NCBI GenBank assembly: GCA_963809785.1
Contig: CAWEKV010000002.1
Location: forward strand, 849,748 to 913,747
Reading direction: 5' to 3'
DNA length: 64,000 nucleotides
From: an uncultured Planctomycetia bacterium
GTDB lineage: Bacteria > Planctomycetota > Planctomycetia > Pirellulales > S012-138
Shown: positions 21,909 to 31,971 of the stretch, piece after piece
Layout of the letters: each line of letters begins with the position of its first letter
How positions within the stretch are numbered: the first letter of the stretch is position 1
The notes under the pieces: model-generated
Told to the model about the DNA's origin: nothing
Databases searched by the model: none
Seen by the model: only the letters and a program-made list of their open reading frames with translations
Position numbers and translations under genes: made by a program

Positions 21909-23594
21909 TACGTCGGCTTTTGCTTGAGCACGACTAGCCCGTAGGGTGGCACGAAGACTTTCTTCTCGATCTGCTGGCCGCTGGCCGTTTCGTCCTTCCA
22001 TTGGCGGCGCTTGCCGTCGCTCCAGAAGATGAGCTGGGCGGCGAAGTAGCGGGGGAACCAGCCGTCGTGGAAGACGTAGTCCTTGCCCGTGTCGGTCGGA
22101 TTGATCAGCACCAGGTAGCGCCTCCTTCTTCGCGGTGCGCTCGAAGACCATCCAGTCGTGCGTGTCGCTCAGCACCTCGGCCAGCTCGCCGTTGGCTAGC
22201 GCCGGATGCCTGGTGCGCAGGTTCGTGATGCCGCGAACCAGGTGCAGCATGCCCCCCTCCTTTCCCTGCTCCTCGCGCGATACGCCGTCATCGGGCTTGT
22301 CGAATCTCGGTTTGAACCACGTGGTTTGCTCGGCCCCGTCGCCCGACTTGCGCCAGGGAAACGGTTCGCGGAGCGTCTCGTCGAAGATGCCGGAGCCATC
22401 ACCGCTGCCGTTCCATTTGAAGCCTCGCTGCATGACTTCTTCGCCGTAGTAGATGACGGGGAACCTGCCCAGCGTCAGCGGCAGGTACATGCCGACCCGG
22501 TAAGCCTGATCGAGCTCGGCGTGCATGCCGTGCCGCTTCGACTCCTCCAGATGCGAGCCGAGCCGCGGGTTCTGATCGTGGCTGCCGATGAACAGGAAGG
22601 GGTCGTAGGGCCGGTCGGGGGAGTGCGGGGCCAGGCGGTTGACGTTGCGGGCGGCGGCGATGGCGCTTTTCAGCCGGCCCACGAAGCCCGGCTGGGGGAA
22701 GCCCGCCTGGTTGCGGGCGTCGTGCATGAAGGGCTCATCCAGCAGCGCCTCGAGGCCGTAGCTGTGGCGGCGGAGCGTCTCGCGATCGCCCAGCACCTCG
22801 CCCACCAGCACCGCACCGGGCTTCACGCCGTAGCAGTGATTGGAAAACTCCAGCCACCAGTCGTTGTTCTTCAGGATGTCCGGCTCGGCCAGCGCGCCGA
22901 ACGTGTCGCCGAAGACGTGCTTGGCGGCATCCAGTCGAAAGCCGTCGATGCCCAGATCGAGCCAGAACCTGGCGATCTTCTTGACTTCGGCTTGCACGTC
23001 GCCGTGCTTGAAGTTCAGGTCCGGCATCGAGCTGTCGAACAGGCCGAAGTACTGCATCTTCTCGCCGTTGTGCTCCGTGCGGTGCCAGCCGCTCGTCAGG
23101 GCGTGCTCGTTGGAGCGGAAGAAATAGCGCTTCCGCATGGCCTCATTCCCGGCCACCGCCTGCTTGAACCAGTCATGCTTGTTGGAGGTGTGGTTGAAGG
23201 GAATATCGAGGATGATCCGCACGCCGCGATCATGGGCTTTCTGGATCAGCTCTTTCAAGTCGGCGAGCTTCCCCAGGTCGGGGCTCACGGCCTGGTAATC
23301 CTGCACGTTGTAGCCGTGGTAGCTGTCGGCGGGAAAAACGGGCATCAGCCAGAGGATGCCGGCTTCCAGGTCGTGGTCGGTGCCCGGCTTGCCGTCGTTG
23401 AGATAGTCGTCGAGCTTCTGCGTGACTCCCTTCAAGTCGCCGATGCCGTTGCCGTCGCTGTCGGCGAACGAGCGCACGAAGAGGTGATAGACGAGGTTGT
23501 TGTCGCCTTCTGCGGCGGGCAATCCGGCCGCCGGCAAGGCGAAGGCGATCAGCCCCAGCAACCACACGAGACCACGAGGAAGAGCCTGACTCAT
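21908..23594 (-). CDS. Secreted alpha-amylase family (GH13) glycosidase (frameshift near 22120)
   Basis: FADSDGNGIGDLKG, SYHGY, DIPFNHTS, GFRLDAAKH, VGEV, GSHD and YYGEE; signal peptide. Confidence 0.92.
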
Positions 23595-23607
23595 GGGATC
23601 CTCCGAA

Positions 23608-23664
23608 GTAATAGGCACACTCCGCGTGCCGTTTTTGGTGACGGCACCGGAGGGTGCCTGCCAC
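23608..23664. repeat. REP doublet, family A
   Basis: gtaataggcacactccgcgtgccgt...acggcaccggagggtgcctgccac. Confidence 0.8.
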
Positions 23665-23911
23665 TCTTAACCGCAATCCGGCCGAGGACACCGAAGGGAA
23701 TTCGGCCCAGCCGCTTTGCGGCTCTGCTCGTTCACGGCCCGGGCAGACAGCGCCCTGCTGCGGTGCGTGATTGTAACCGCCGGCGAGCCGGGTTTCAGCA
23801 GGCCGCACGGTTGATCGTGCTTTGAGCCATGGATACCTTGCTGCTGGTCAGTTCTTGATCGATTCTGCGCGGCTTCCCCATTCTCGGGTCGAAACCCTAG
23901 GAGATCAGACC

Positions 23912-24562
23912 ATGGGCGTCTTTTGGGTGCTGCTGTTCGTGTTTTTCCTGGTGTTTGCGCTGGGGCTCGTTGCATGGTGGTTGACGATCGGAAGGTACGA
24001 CACTTTGACGGAGCGGCAAAGAGCAGCGCGCTGGGAGCTGATCGTCAAGGGGGCAGGCGGGCTGGCGGTCGTCGTGGGAGGGATCATGGCGCTGGGACAA
24101 TATCTCGACCAGCGCGAGCGGGAGCTTGAGCGGCAGGTGATCGAGCAAGCCCAAAAGACGCGCGAGTTCAACCTGCAGATTTACGGCCGCTCCACGGATG
24201 TCAACCAGGCGAGACAAGTGCTGCTGAATGAAGCCGCTGATCTCGGCGCCACCCTGGCAACGCTTGACGATCTCAGGGGCGACGACGGCCGGATCGCTCA
24301 GCAGCGCTTCGAGCGACTTTATCATGGACAGCTCATGCTGTACGAGAACGTTGCGATTTCAAATGCCATGATCGATTTTCGGGATGCGCTGCTGAAATGG
24401 CAACGGACTGGACTCAAGCCGACCAAGCTGGTCCCTGAAGAGCGGACGCATTCCACAGAGCTTCCCGAGAATCGAAAGAACTCCGACTTCATGAGGCGGT
24501 TGTCCATACGCCTCTCCCAAGCTTGTGCTAACGAGATCGCCCGCCTGGAGACGTCAAAATAG
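23912..24562 (+). CDS. Hypothetical membrane protein (2 TM helices)
   Basis: RBS AGGAG before ATG 23912; two hydrophobic helices followed by a helical domain. Confidence 0.7.
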   Translation: MGVFWVLLFVFFLVFALGLVAWWLTIGRYDTLTERQRAARWELIVKGAGGLAVVVGGIMALGQYLDQRERELERQVIEQAQKTREFNLQIYGRSTDVNQARQVLLNEAADLGATLATLDDLRGDDGRIAQQRFERLYHGQLMLYENVAISNAMIDFRDALLKWQRTGLKPTKLVPEERTHSTELPENRKNSDFMRRLSIRLSQACANEIARLETSK

Positions 24563-24642
24563 CTCGACTGTTGCGTCACGCCATGCCCGAGCCGAGAATC
24601 ATCTCTGCCAAGGCGTTTTTTTCGACGACCTCCCGTGAGACA

Positions 24643-26610
24643 ATGCCCGTGCGCCAAAGTCCCCTTTCCTCTCGAATTGTTTGGATCGCCGCGCTGCTGG
24701 GGCATCCCGCGCTACTGGCAGGGTGCCTTCTGTCCGTCGCGGCGACTGCTCCTGCCATCGCTCAGGAGGTCACCGAGCCGGAGAGCTACCTCCGGCTCAA
24801 TTACTCCAAGCGCGAGGTCAACGTCCCGGTGCGGGACGGCGTGAAGCTCTTCACGACGATCTACGCGCCTCGCGACGCGACGCGCAAGTATCCGCTGCTG
24901 ATGCTGCGCACGCCGTATGGGGTAAAGCCATATGGCGAGCGGGAGTTTCCCAAGTCGCTGGGCCCCAGCATGCACTTTGCCCGCGAGGGATATATCTTCG
25001 TCTATCAGGACGTGCGCGGGCGGCACCTGTCGGAAGGCACGTTCGTGCAGGTTACGCCGCACGTCTTGGGCAAAAAGTCCGCCGACCAAACCGATGAAAG
25101 CAGCGACACCTACGACACCATCGAGTGGCTGCTCAAGAACGAGGCCGGCCATAACGGCCGCGTGGGCCAATGGGGCATTTCGTACCCCGGCTTCTACTGT
25201 TCGGCCGGCATGATCGACGCCCACCCCGCCCTCAAGGCCGTCTCGCCGCAGGCGCCGGTCGGCGACTGGTTCTTCGACGACTTCTTCCACCACGGAGCGT
25301 TCTTCCTGGCCCACGGCTTTCGCTGGCTGTCGGCCAACGGCGTGCGGCGGGAGAAGCCGACGACCAACGAGTTCACGCCGTTCAACTATCCCACCCGCGA
25401 CGGCTATAAGTTCTTCCTCGATATCGGCCCGGTGCACAATGCCGACAAGCGCTACCTGAAGGAGAAGGTCGATTTCTGGACCGAGCTGATGCAGCACCCC
25501 AACTACGATGATTTCTGGAAGCGGCGGAACATCCTGCCCCACCTGAAGCGCGTGGCCCCGGCCGTGATGACGGTCACCGGCTGGTACGACGCGGAGGACC
25601 TCTACGGATCGTTCGAGACCTATCGCCACGTCGAACGGCAGAACCCCGGCGTGAACAATGTGCTGGTCGTCGGCCCCTGGGTGCATGGCGGCTGGGCACG
25701 CACCGGCGGCGACCACCTGGGGGCGGTCGATTTCGGCTCGAAGACGGCCGACTTCTATCAGAAGCACATCGAGCTGGCGTTCTTCAACAAGTATCTCAAG
25801 GACGCTGATCTGCCGGCCCCGCCCGAGGCCACGGCCTTCGAGACGGGCGGCAACCGCTGGCGCACCTTCGACACCTGGCCGCCGCGCGGCACGAAGGCGA
25901 TGACCTTTTACGCGCAGTCCGGTGGCAAGCTGGCGACGGCGGCGCCGCAAGGGGCCCCGGCCTCCGGCGGTGGGGACGGCGGTCTCTATGAAGAGTTCGT
26001 CAGCGACCCCAACCGGCCGGTCCCGTACATTGAGACGATGTCCCACTCGATGACCAACGAGTATATGGTCGATGACCAGCGATTCGCCGCCCGCCGGCAG
26101 GACGTGGTGGTCTATCAAACGGACGCACTGAGCGAAGACCTGACGCTGGTCGGGCCGCTGAATGCCGAGCTATGGGTCTCCACCTCACAGGCCGACGCTG
26201 ACTGGGTGGTGAAGCTGATCGACGTTTTTCCCGACGATCATCCGAGCAATCCGCACACGCCGGCCCATCAAACGATGGGCGGCTACCAGATGCTGGTCCG
26301 CAGCGAAGTGATCCGCGGCCGCTTCCGCAACAGCTACGAGAAGCCCGAGCCGTTTAGGCCCGGCGAGCCGGCCAAGGTGCCCGTCGTCCTTCAGGACGTG
26401 CTGCACCGCTTCAAGAAAGGGCATCGCCTGATGGTACAAGTCCAAAGCAGCTGGTTCCCGCTCGTGGACCGCAACCCGCAGAAATGGGTCGATAACATCT
26501 TCTTCGCCAAGCCGGCGGATTTCGTGAAGGCCACGCACCGGGTGTATCACGCGCAGGGGCAGGCGACGTGCCTGAAGTTCGGCGTGCTGCCAGACGGCGG
26601 CGCGAAGTAG
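24643..26610 (+). CDS. CocE/NonD family hydrolase (alpha-amino acid ester hydrolase/glutaryl-7-ACA acylase-like)
   Basis: VRDGVKL, RTPY, QDVRGR..SEG, nucleophile motif GISYPG, GWYDAED, GPWVHG and QSSWFPL. Confidence 0.93.
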   Translation: MPVRQSPLSSRIVWIAALLGHPALLAGCLLSVAATAPAIAQEVTEPESYLRLNYSKREVNVPVRDGVKLFTTIYAPRDATRKYPLLMLRTPYGVKPYGEREFPKSLGPSMHFAREGYIFVYQDVRGRHLSEGTFVQVTPHVLGKKSADQTDESSDTYDTIEWLLKNEAGHNGRVGQWGISYPGFYCSAGMIDAHPALKAVSPQAPVGDWFFDDFFHHGAFFLAHGFRWLSANGVRREKPTTNEFTPFNYPTRDGYKFFLDIGPVHNADKRYLKEKVDFWTELMQHPNYDDFWKRRNILPHLKRVAPAVMTVTGWYDAEDLYGSFETYRHVERQNPGVNNVLVVGPWVHGGWARTGGDHLGAVDFGSKTADFYQKHIELAFFNKYLKDADLPAPPEATAFETGGNRWRTFDTWPPRGTKAMTFYAQSGGKLATAAPQGAPASGGGDGGLYEEFVSDPNRPVPYIETMSHSMTNEYMVDDQRFAARRQDVVVYQTDALSEDLTLVGPLNAELWVSTSQADADWVVKLIDVFPDDHPSNPHTPAHQTMGGYQMLVRSEVIRGRFRNSYEKPEPFRPGEPAKVPVVLQDVLHRFKKGHRLMVQVQSSWFPLVDRNPQKWVDNIFFAKPADFVKATHRVYHAQGQATCLKFGVLPDGGAK

Positions 26611-26800
26611 CAGGCACACTCCGTGTACCTTCGAGTGTGGCCAACTCGCTCCGCGAGTTGGAGATTCCTTGCCTGCCTGCGGTCCGACGGCCGGAGTGCG
26701 GCCCAAGCTCTGCGGCCGTCAACTCGCAGAGCGAGTTGACCACAGTGCAGTTGACCACACGTAATGTCTCGCTCCGCGAACCGCAGCGAGGTAGGCTGGC
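26607..26800. repeat. Mosaic REP cluster: family A arm supplying the CocE TAG stop, plus a GTGGyCAACTCGCTCCGCGAGTTG / CAACTCGCAGAGCGAGTTGACCAC doublet
   Basis: Short palindromes visible directly at 26607, ~26637, ~26718 and ~26767. Confidence 0.75.
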
Positions 26801-26859
26801 CACGTGCCGCAAATCCGTGGCGCGTCCGGCGATACCAAGGGACCAGCAGCGAGAAACGG

Positions 26860-28542
26860 ATGACGACCATGCTTCGCGCACAACGTAGGACGGATTTCCA
26901 ATCCGTCCGTCCACTGTCTCGACGATGTCCCTCTCGGACGGATTGGAAATCCGTCCTACTCTTGCTGTTGCTCGGGCCGCAGTTGGCCGTCGCTCGCGAG
27001 CCCGAGGTCACGTTTGCCGCCGAGCGCGGGCAATTGCAGGTGCGCCTTGCCGGCGAGAACGTCGCCACGTACGTGTTCGAAGATGAGACGATCACGCGGC
27101 CGTTCTTCGCGCACGTGCGCGCGCCCGGCGGCATCCAGGTCACCCGCAACCATCCACCCAGGCCGGACGATGCCCAGGACCACGCCACGTTTCACCCCGG
27201 CATGTGGCTGGCTTTCGGCGACTTGGGCGGGCACGACTTCTGGCGGCTGAAGGCCAAGGTCATGCACGCCGGCTTCGTGGAGAAGCCCAGCGGCGGCATG
27301 GGGCGCGGCGGCTTCGCCGTGCGCAATCGCTATCTTTCGGAGGATGGAAAACAAACCGTCTGCACAGAGGTCTGCCGCGTGACATTGCACGCGCAGCCCG
27401 AGGGCTACGTGCTCGTTTGGGACAGCGCCTTCTCGTCCGACGATGCCGATTTTACTTTCGGCGATCAGGAGGAGATGGGCCTGGGCGTGCGGCTGGCCAC
27501 GCCGATCGCAGTGGCGAACAAGACAGGCGGCCGGATCCTCGATAGCGCCGGCCGCCGCGACGGCGCCGGCATCTGGGGCAAGTCGGCCGAGTGGTGCGAC
27601 TACTCCGGCACCATTTCCGGCAAGCAGGTGGGCGTGCTCGTGGTGCCCGATCCGGCGAGCTTCCGCTCCTCGTGGTGGCATGCCCGCGACTACGGCCTTT
27701 TGGTGGCCAACCCGTTCGGCCGCCAGGCGCTGACGGGCGGCGAGAAGAGCAGCGTGGTCGTCCGCCGGGGCGAGACGCTGCGGCTGCGGTTTGGGCTGCT
27801 GATCCACGCCACGGCACTGCCGAAGTCTGATGCGGAGGCCCGCTTCGATCCAGCCGCCGCCGCTCGCGACGTGCTCGCCTTATTGAAAGCGTCGGCCGAG
27901 GATAAGACGCTCAAGTACGTCCGCCCCTCGGCCAAAGGTCCGGTGGAGGAGAGCGAAATCCGATTCGAGGGCGACACGGCCGGGCAAACGATCACGAGTG
28001 TCACCACGCGCGGCACGACGACGTTGACGCTCACCTCGCGTTACGCTGGGGAAGGGCGGCTCGCGCCAAGCCAGCGTGCGATTGGAATCGAAAACCTCCA
28101 TGAAGGCGTCTCTGGCAGCGGCCACCGTGACCGTCGCCGACGGCAAGGCGATCGTCGAGCGCACGGGCGGGAACCGGCCACGTTCGACTGCCCGCCAGGG
28201 ATCATCGTCACGTCCGCCCCCGATTGGACCGACGCCGTGGAGGCGGTGCGCCGCTACATGCCGTCGGGGACCGTAGCCCAAGAGTACCCCGGCCTCTGGA
28301 TTCATCCGACGCAGGAGCCGGCGCGGCTCACGTTCAAGCTCGTTCGCCAGTCCGAGGACGAGGTCCGTCGCGCCGGCCGCGCGGCGGGGCTGCTGCGGCT
28401 GGTGCTGGAGCTGCGCGGCGGCTCGAAGTACACCGTCTGGCGGAACGACGCCGGCCAGCTCGTCCGGCTGATGCCGCAGGGGAAGCCGGAGCAGGCGATT
28501 GTGCTGGCCGGCTGGGAAGAGGCCACGGGGGAATTGAAATAG
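26860..28542 (+). CDS. PmoA-like (PF14100-type, not methane monooxygenase) secreted protein fused to an unknown C-terminal domain
   Basis: RPFFAHV, DHATFHPGMWLAFG, DFW, FGDQEEMGLGVR, WCDYSG and WWHARDYGLLVANPFG. Compensating frameshifts are likely near 28070-28170. Confidence 0.8.
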   Translation: MTTMLRAQRRTDFQSVRPLSRRCPSRTDWKSVLLLLLLGPQLAVAREPEVTFAAERGQLQVRLAGENVATYVFEDETITRPFFAHVRAPGGIQVTRNHPPRPDDAQDHATFHPGMWLAFGDLGGHDFWRLKAKVMHAGFVEKPSGGMGRGGFAVRNRYLSEDGKQTVCTEVCRVTLHAQPEGYVLVWDSAFSSDDADFTFGDQEEMGLGVRLATPIAVANKTGGRILDSAGRRDGAGIWGKSAEWCDYSGTISGKQVGVLVVPDPASFRSSWWHARDYGLLVANPFGRQALTGGEKSSVVVRRGETLRLRFGLLIHATALPKSDAEARFDPAAAARDVLALLKASAEDKTLKYVRPSAKGPVEESEIRFEGDTAGQTITSVTTRGTTTLTLTSRYAGEGRLAPSQRAIGIENLHEGVSGSGHRDRRRRQGDRRAHGREPATFDCPPGIIVTSAPDWTDAVEAVRRYMPSGTVAQEYPGLWIHPTQEPARLTFKLVRQSEDEVRRAGRAAGLLRLVLELRGGSKYTVWRNDAGQLVRLMPQGKPEQAIVLAGWEEATGELK

Positions 28543-28543
28543 C

Positions 28544-29740
28544 ATGCAGCGCCGAGATTTCCTTCGCCGCGGAGTGTGTCTTGCTGCCACGCGCCCTCGT
28601 CTGCCGGATCGGCTCCCGGCACCAGCGCCCGCCGCCGAGCAAGTGGACCCCGTCGCCGGCCTGGCGTCTCTCTTGGAACCGATCCGCGAGGCCCACAACG
28701 TCCCCGCCTTGGCTGGCGCGGTCGTGAAGGACGGCCGCACCGCGGCACTTGGGGCGGTCGGCGTGCGGAAGCACGGCGACAAGACGCCCGTCACGGCCGA
28801 CGACCAGTTCCACCTCGGCTCGTGCACCAAGTCGATGACCGCCACGCTGGCCGGAATGTTCGTCGAAGAAGGCAAGCTGGCCTGGGACAGCACGCTCGCC
28901 GAAACGCTCCCCGACCTGGCCGACAAGATGCACGAGGACGTGCGCGGCGTGACGGTGGAGCAGCTCTTGCAGCATCGCAGTGGGCTTTCCTCCCGCAGCA
29001 GCCCGGCGGGAGTGTCGCTCGGCGAGTTCGTCGGCGGCAAGAAGTTCACCGGCACGCCGCGCGAGCAGCGGCGGGCATACGCCGAGATGATCCTCGCCGA
29101 GAAGCCGGCCGACCCGCCCGGAGCAAAATATGTCTATTCCAACCGCAACCATGCCCTGGTGGGCGTGATGCTGGAGACGCTCGCCGACCGGCCCTGGGAG
29201 GGCCTGATGCGCGAGCGGCTGTTCCGCCCGCTGGGGATGACGACCGCCGGCTTCGGGGCCATGGGCACGCCGGGCAAGATCGACCAGCCCTGGCAACACC
29301 GCCTGCTCTTCTTCTTGCACGTGCCGGTCGAGCCGGGGCCGCGGGCCGATAACCCCGATGCGATTGCGCCGGCCGGCACGGCTCACTGCTCGATCGGCGA
29401 CTGGGCCAAGTACATTCGCTGCCACGTGCGCGGCGCGAAGGGAGACGGTGCGCTGCCCGGCGACGGGGCAGGCCCTCGCCATCTGCTCGCCCCGGAGACC
29501 TACCGGCGGCTGCACACGCCGGCCTTCGACGGCGACTACGCCGGCGGCTGGATTGTCACTCGTCGCCCGTGGGGTGGGCGAGTACTTACCCACAGCGGCA
29601 GCAACACGCTGAACTACGCCGTGGCCTGGCTATCGCCGGGGCGCGGCTTCGCGGTCCTGGCCATGACCAACCAAGGAGGCGGCGCCGCGGCCCAGGCGTG
29701 CGACGACGTGTGCAGCGGGCTGATTCGGGAGTTCTTGTAG
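28544..29740 (+). CDS. Serine hydrolase, beta-lactamase class C/PBP family, with Tat-like signal
   Basis: MQRRDFL; GSCTKSM (SxxK), YSN and HSGSN. The TAG stop lies within a GTAGGACGG REP arm. Confidence 0.92.
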   Translation: MQRRDFLRRGVCLAATRPRLPDRLPAPAPAAEQVDPVAGLASLLEPIREAHNVPALAGAVVKDGRTAALGAVGVRKHGDKTPVTADDQFHLGSCTKSMTATLAGMFVEEGKLAWDSTLAETLPDLADKMHEDVRGVTVEQLLQHRSGLSSRSSPAGVSLGEFVGGKKFTGTPREQRRAYAEMILAEKPADPPGAKYVYSNRNHALVGVMLETLADRPWEGLMRERLFRPLGMTTAGFGAMGTPGKIDQPWQHRLLFFLHVPVEPGPRADNPDAIAPAGTAHCSIGDWAKYIRCHVRGAKGDGALPGDGAGPRHLLAPETYRRLHTPAFDGDYAGGWIVTRRPWGGRVLTHSGSNTLNYAVAWLSPGRGFAVLAMTNQGGGAAAQACDDVCSGLIREFL

Positions 29741-29858
29741 GACGGGATTCATTCCGTTCGACGATCGAACAGATTATCTGAGGCTTGATCCCCGATGCGC
29801 CGTTTCTTCCGCTTCTCGATCCGTGACGTGCTGTGGCAGGGGCGGCACGCGTGCGGCG

Positions 29859-29887
29859 TTGACCCATCCCGCGAGCCGCCGTATATT
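29859..29887 (+). promoter_or_regulatory. sigma70 promoter of tRNA-His
   Basis: TTGACC-N17-TATATT, 16 nt upstream of the tRNA. Confidence 0.75.
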
Positions 29888-29903
29888 TCCAGCGGCATTT
29901 CAC

Positions 29904-29978
29904 GGTGGCTGTAGCTCAGTTGGTTAGAGCACCAGATTGTGGATCTGGGGGTCGAGGGTTCAAGTCCCTTCAGCCACC
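29904..29978 (+). tRNA. tRNA-His (GUG)
   Basis: G-1 plus GTGGCTG/CAGCCAC acceptor stem and C73. Anticodon arm CCAGA-TTGTGGA-TCTGG; T-loop GGTTCAAGTCC. CCA is not encoded. Confidence 0.97.
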
Positions 29979-30024
29979 CTTCCCTACGACAGGCTTCTCG
30001 CCTGACCCGGCAGATCGGCGGTCT

Positions 30025-31777
30025 CTATCCCGCCTCCGGCAGATGATGTCTGGCGTCAACGGGCCGGATCAGCAGGTTGGCCACCAGCGCGATCCCCAGC
30101 AGCGCGGCCATCAGGTACATCGTGGAGTTGTAGAGCGTGCTGGATGGATCGATGGTCCCTGGCGGGACCAGCTCCATCAGCCGGGGGATCGTGACCGTCT
30201 TGCCGGTCACCAGCAGATCGAGCTGATCCAGGGGTGCGCCGAAGGCCTCGCGAAACGCCGGGGGATCGACCTGTCGGCCAGGTCGTCGATCGCCGAGCGG
30301 ATCGATCGTTCGCGCAAGCGAGGTGATGGCCAAGGGGCCGAGCACGCCCGCCGTGCTCCAGGCGGTCAGCAGGCGGCCGTGGATGCCGCCGACGTAGCGC
30401 GTGCCGAACAGGTCGGCCAGATAGGCGGGAATCGTGGCGAACCCGCCGCCGTACATGGTGAAGATGAGCATCGTCACGGCGTAGAACAGCACCAGCCACG
30501 TGACGGCGGGCGACACGCTCACCCGATACGCCGCCAGAGGGATCGACAGGTACAGGGCGATGCCCAGCACGAAGAAGATCGTGTAGGTGGTCTTCCGGCC
30601 GAGATAGTCCGAGGCGCTGGCCCAGAAGAAGCGGCCGACCATGTTGAAGACGCCGATCATCAGCACGAACGTCGCTGCGAAGCCCGCATCGACGATCGCC
30701 CGGCAGCGTGGTGCCGAAGATGTCCGTCATCATCGTCTTGGCCACGCCCAGGACGCCGATGCCGGCCGTCACGTTGAAGCACAGCACGATCCACAGCAGA
30801 TAGAACTGCGGCGTCTTCACGGCCTGGTCGACCGCCACGTCGTGCGCGCTGATCAGACGGCGCGAGGTGGTATCGCGGCGGGCGGCGTCCAGCCGTCCGG
30901 CTTCCAGCCCGGCGCGGGGATGCGGTACGAAAAGGCCGCCATCAGCATCACGACCAAGTAGGCCGCCCCCAGGACGAAGAACGTTTCGGCAACGCCCGTG
31001 CGTCCGGTGCCGACGACGTAGACTCCTTCGGGTCCCTGGACCATCATTCGTGGCACGTCGCCTGGGCCCACGACGACGACTTCCCGCCATTGGCCGGCAT
31101 CAGATTCTGGCCCGGTCACTCCGTGACCGAAGCTCGGGTCACGGAGTGACCCGACCACATGAGCGAATCGTCGCCCGCCCTCGGTCTTGAGGACTACCTC
31201 GCTGACCGGGCCCAGGTAATCCGGTGCGACGTAGAACGACTGGATCAGAATGCTCCTTCAACGGGGCTCCGATGATCGCGCCGCCGCCGAAGCCCATGAT
31301 CGCCATGCCGGCCGCCATGCCGCGGCGGTCGGGAAACCAGCGGATGAGCGTGCTGACCGGCGAGACGTAGCCCAAGCCCAGCCCGCAGCCGCCGATCACG
31401 CCGTAGCCCAGGTACAACAGCCAGAGCTGATGGAAGACGATGCCCAAGCCGCCGATCAGGAAACCGCCGCCCCAGCAGATGGCGGCCACGGTGCCGACCA
31501 TCCGCGGCCCGACCTGTTCGAGCCACTTGCCGGCCAGCGCCGCCGACAGGCCCAGAAAGACGATGGCCACGGTAAAGATCCACATCACCTCCGATAGCGT
31601 CCAGTCGTCCGCCGCGCCGGCCACGACGCCGCGCACGCGGATCAATGCCGGGTTGAAGATGCTCCAGGCGTAGACCGAGCCGATGCAGAGGTGGATGGCG
31701 ATCGAAGCCGGCGGAACCTTCCAGCGATTGAATCCCGGCGGGGCGACGATGCGTTCTTTCGAGAGGAAATCGATCAC
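30025..31777 (-). CDS. OFA family MFS transporter (frameshifted)
   Basis: FNRWKVPPASIAIHLCIGSVYAWS, GLGLGYVSPVSTLIRWFPDRRGMAAG, YGGGFATIPAYLADLFG and IHGRLLTAWS. Confidence 0.92.
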
Positions 31778-31971
31778 GTCGCTGCCTGGGCGGAAGTCCC
31801 GAGTTGTCGCCGAGAGATTGTGGCCGCCGGCCAAAGCGGCGTCAAACTTCGGGGGGCCCCAGGTTCGTGCCGCTGGCCGCTAGGAAACGCATCCAAATCG
31901 GTTAATATGTGTCCAGAGCGGCGTGGGCGAGGAATCGATTGAGGAATCACTGACCACGGAATCACCGCGCG

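Noticed and set aside
26860..28542. Particulate methane monooxygenase subunit
   Set aside because: This is a soluble secreted protein of the misleadingly named PmoA-like family. It has no TM bundle and there is no pmoCB.
29904..30030. Island integrated at tRNA-His
   Set aside because: No integrase next to it and no duplicated tRNA 3' end seen in the window.
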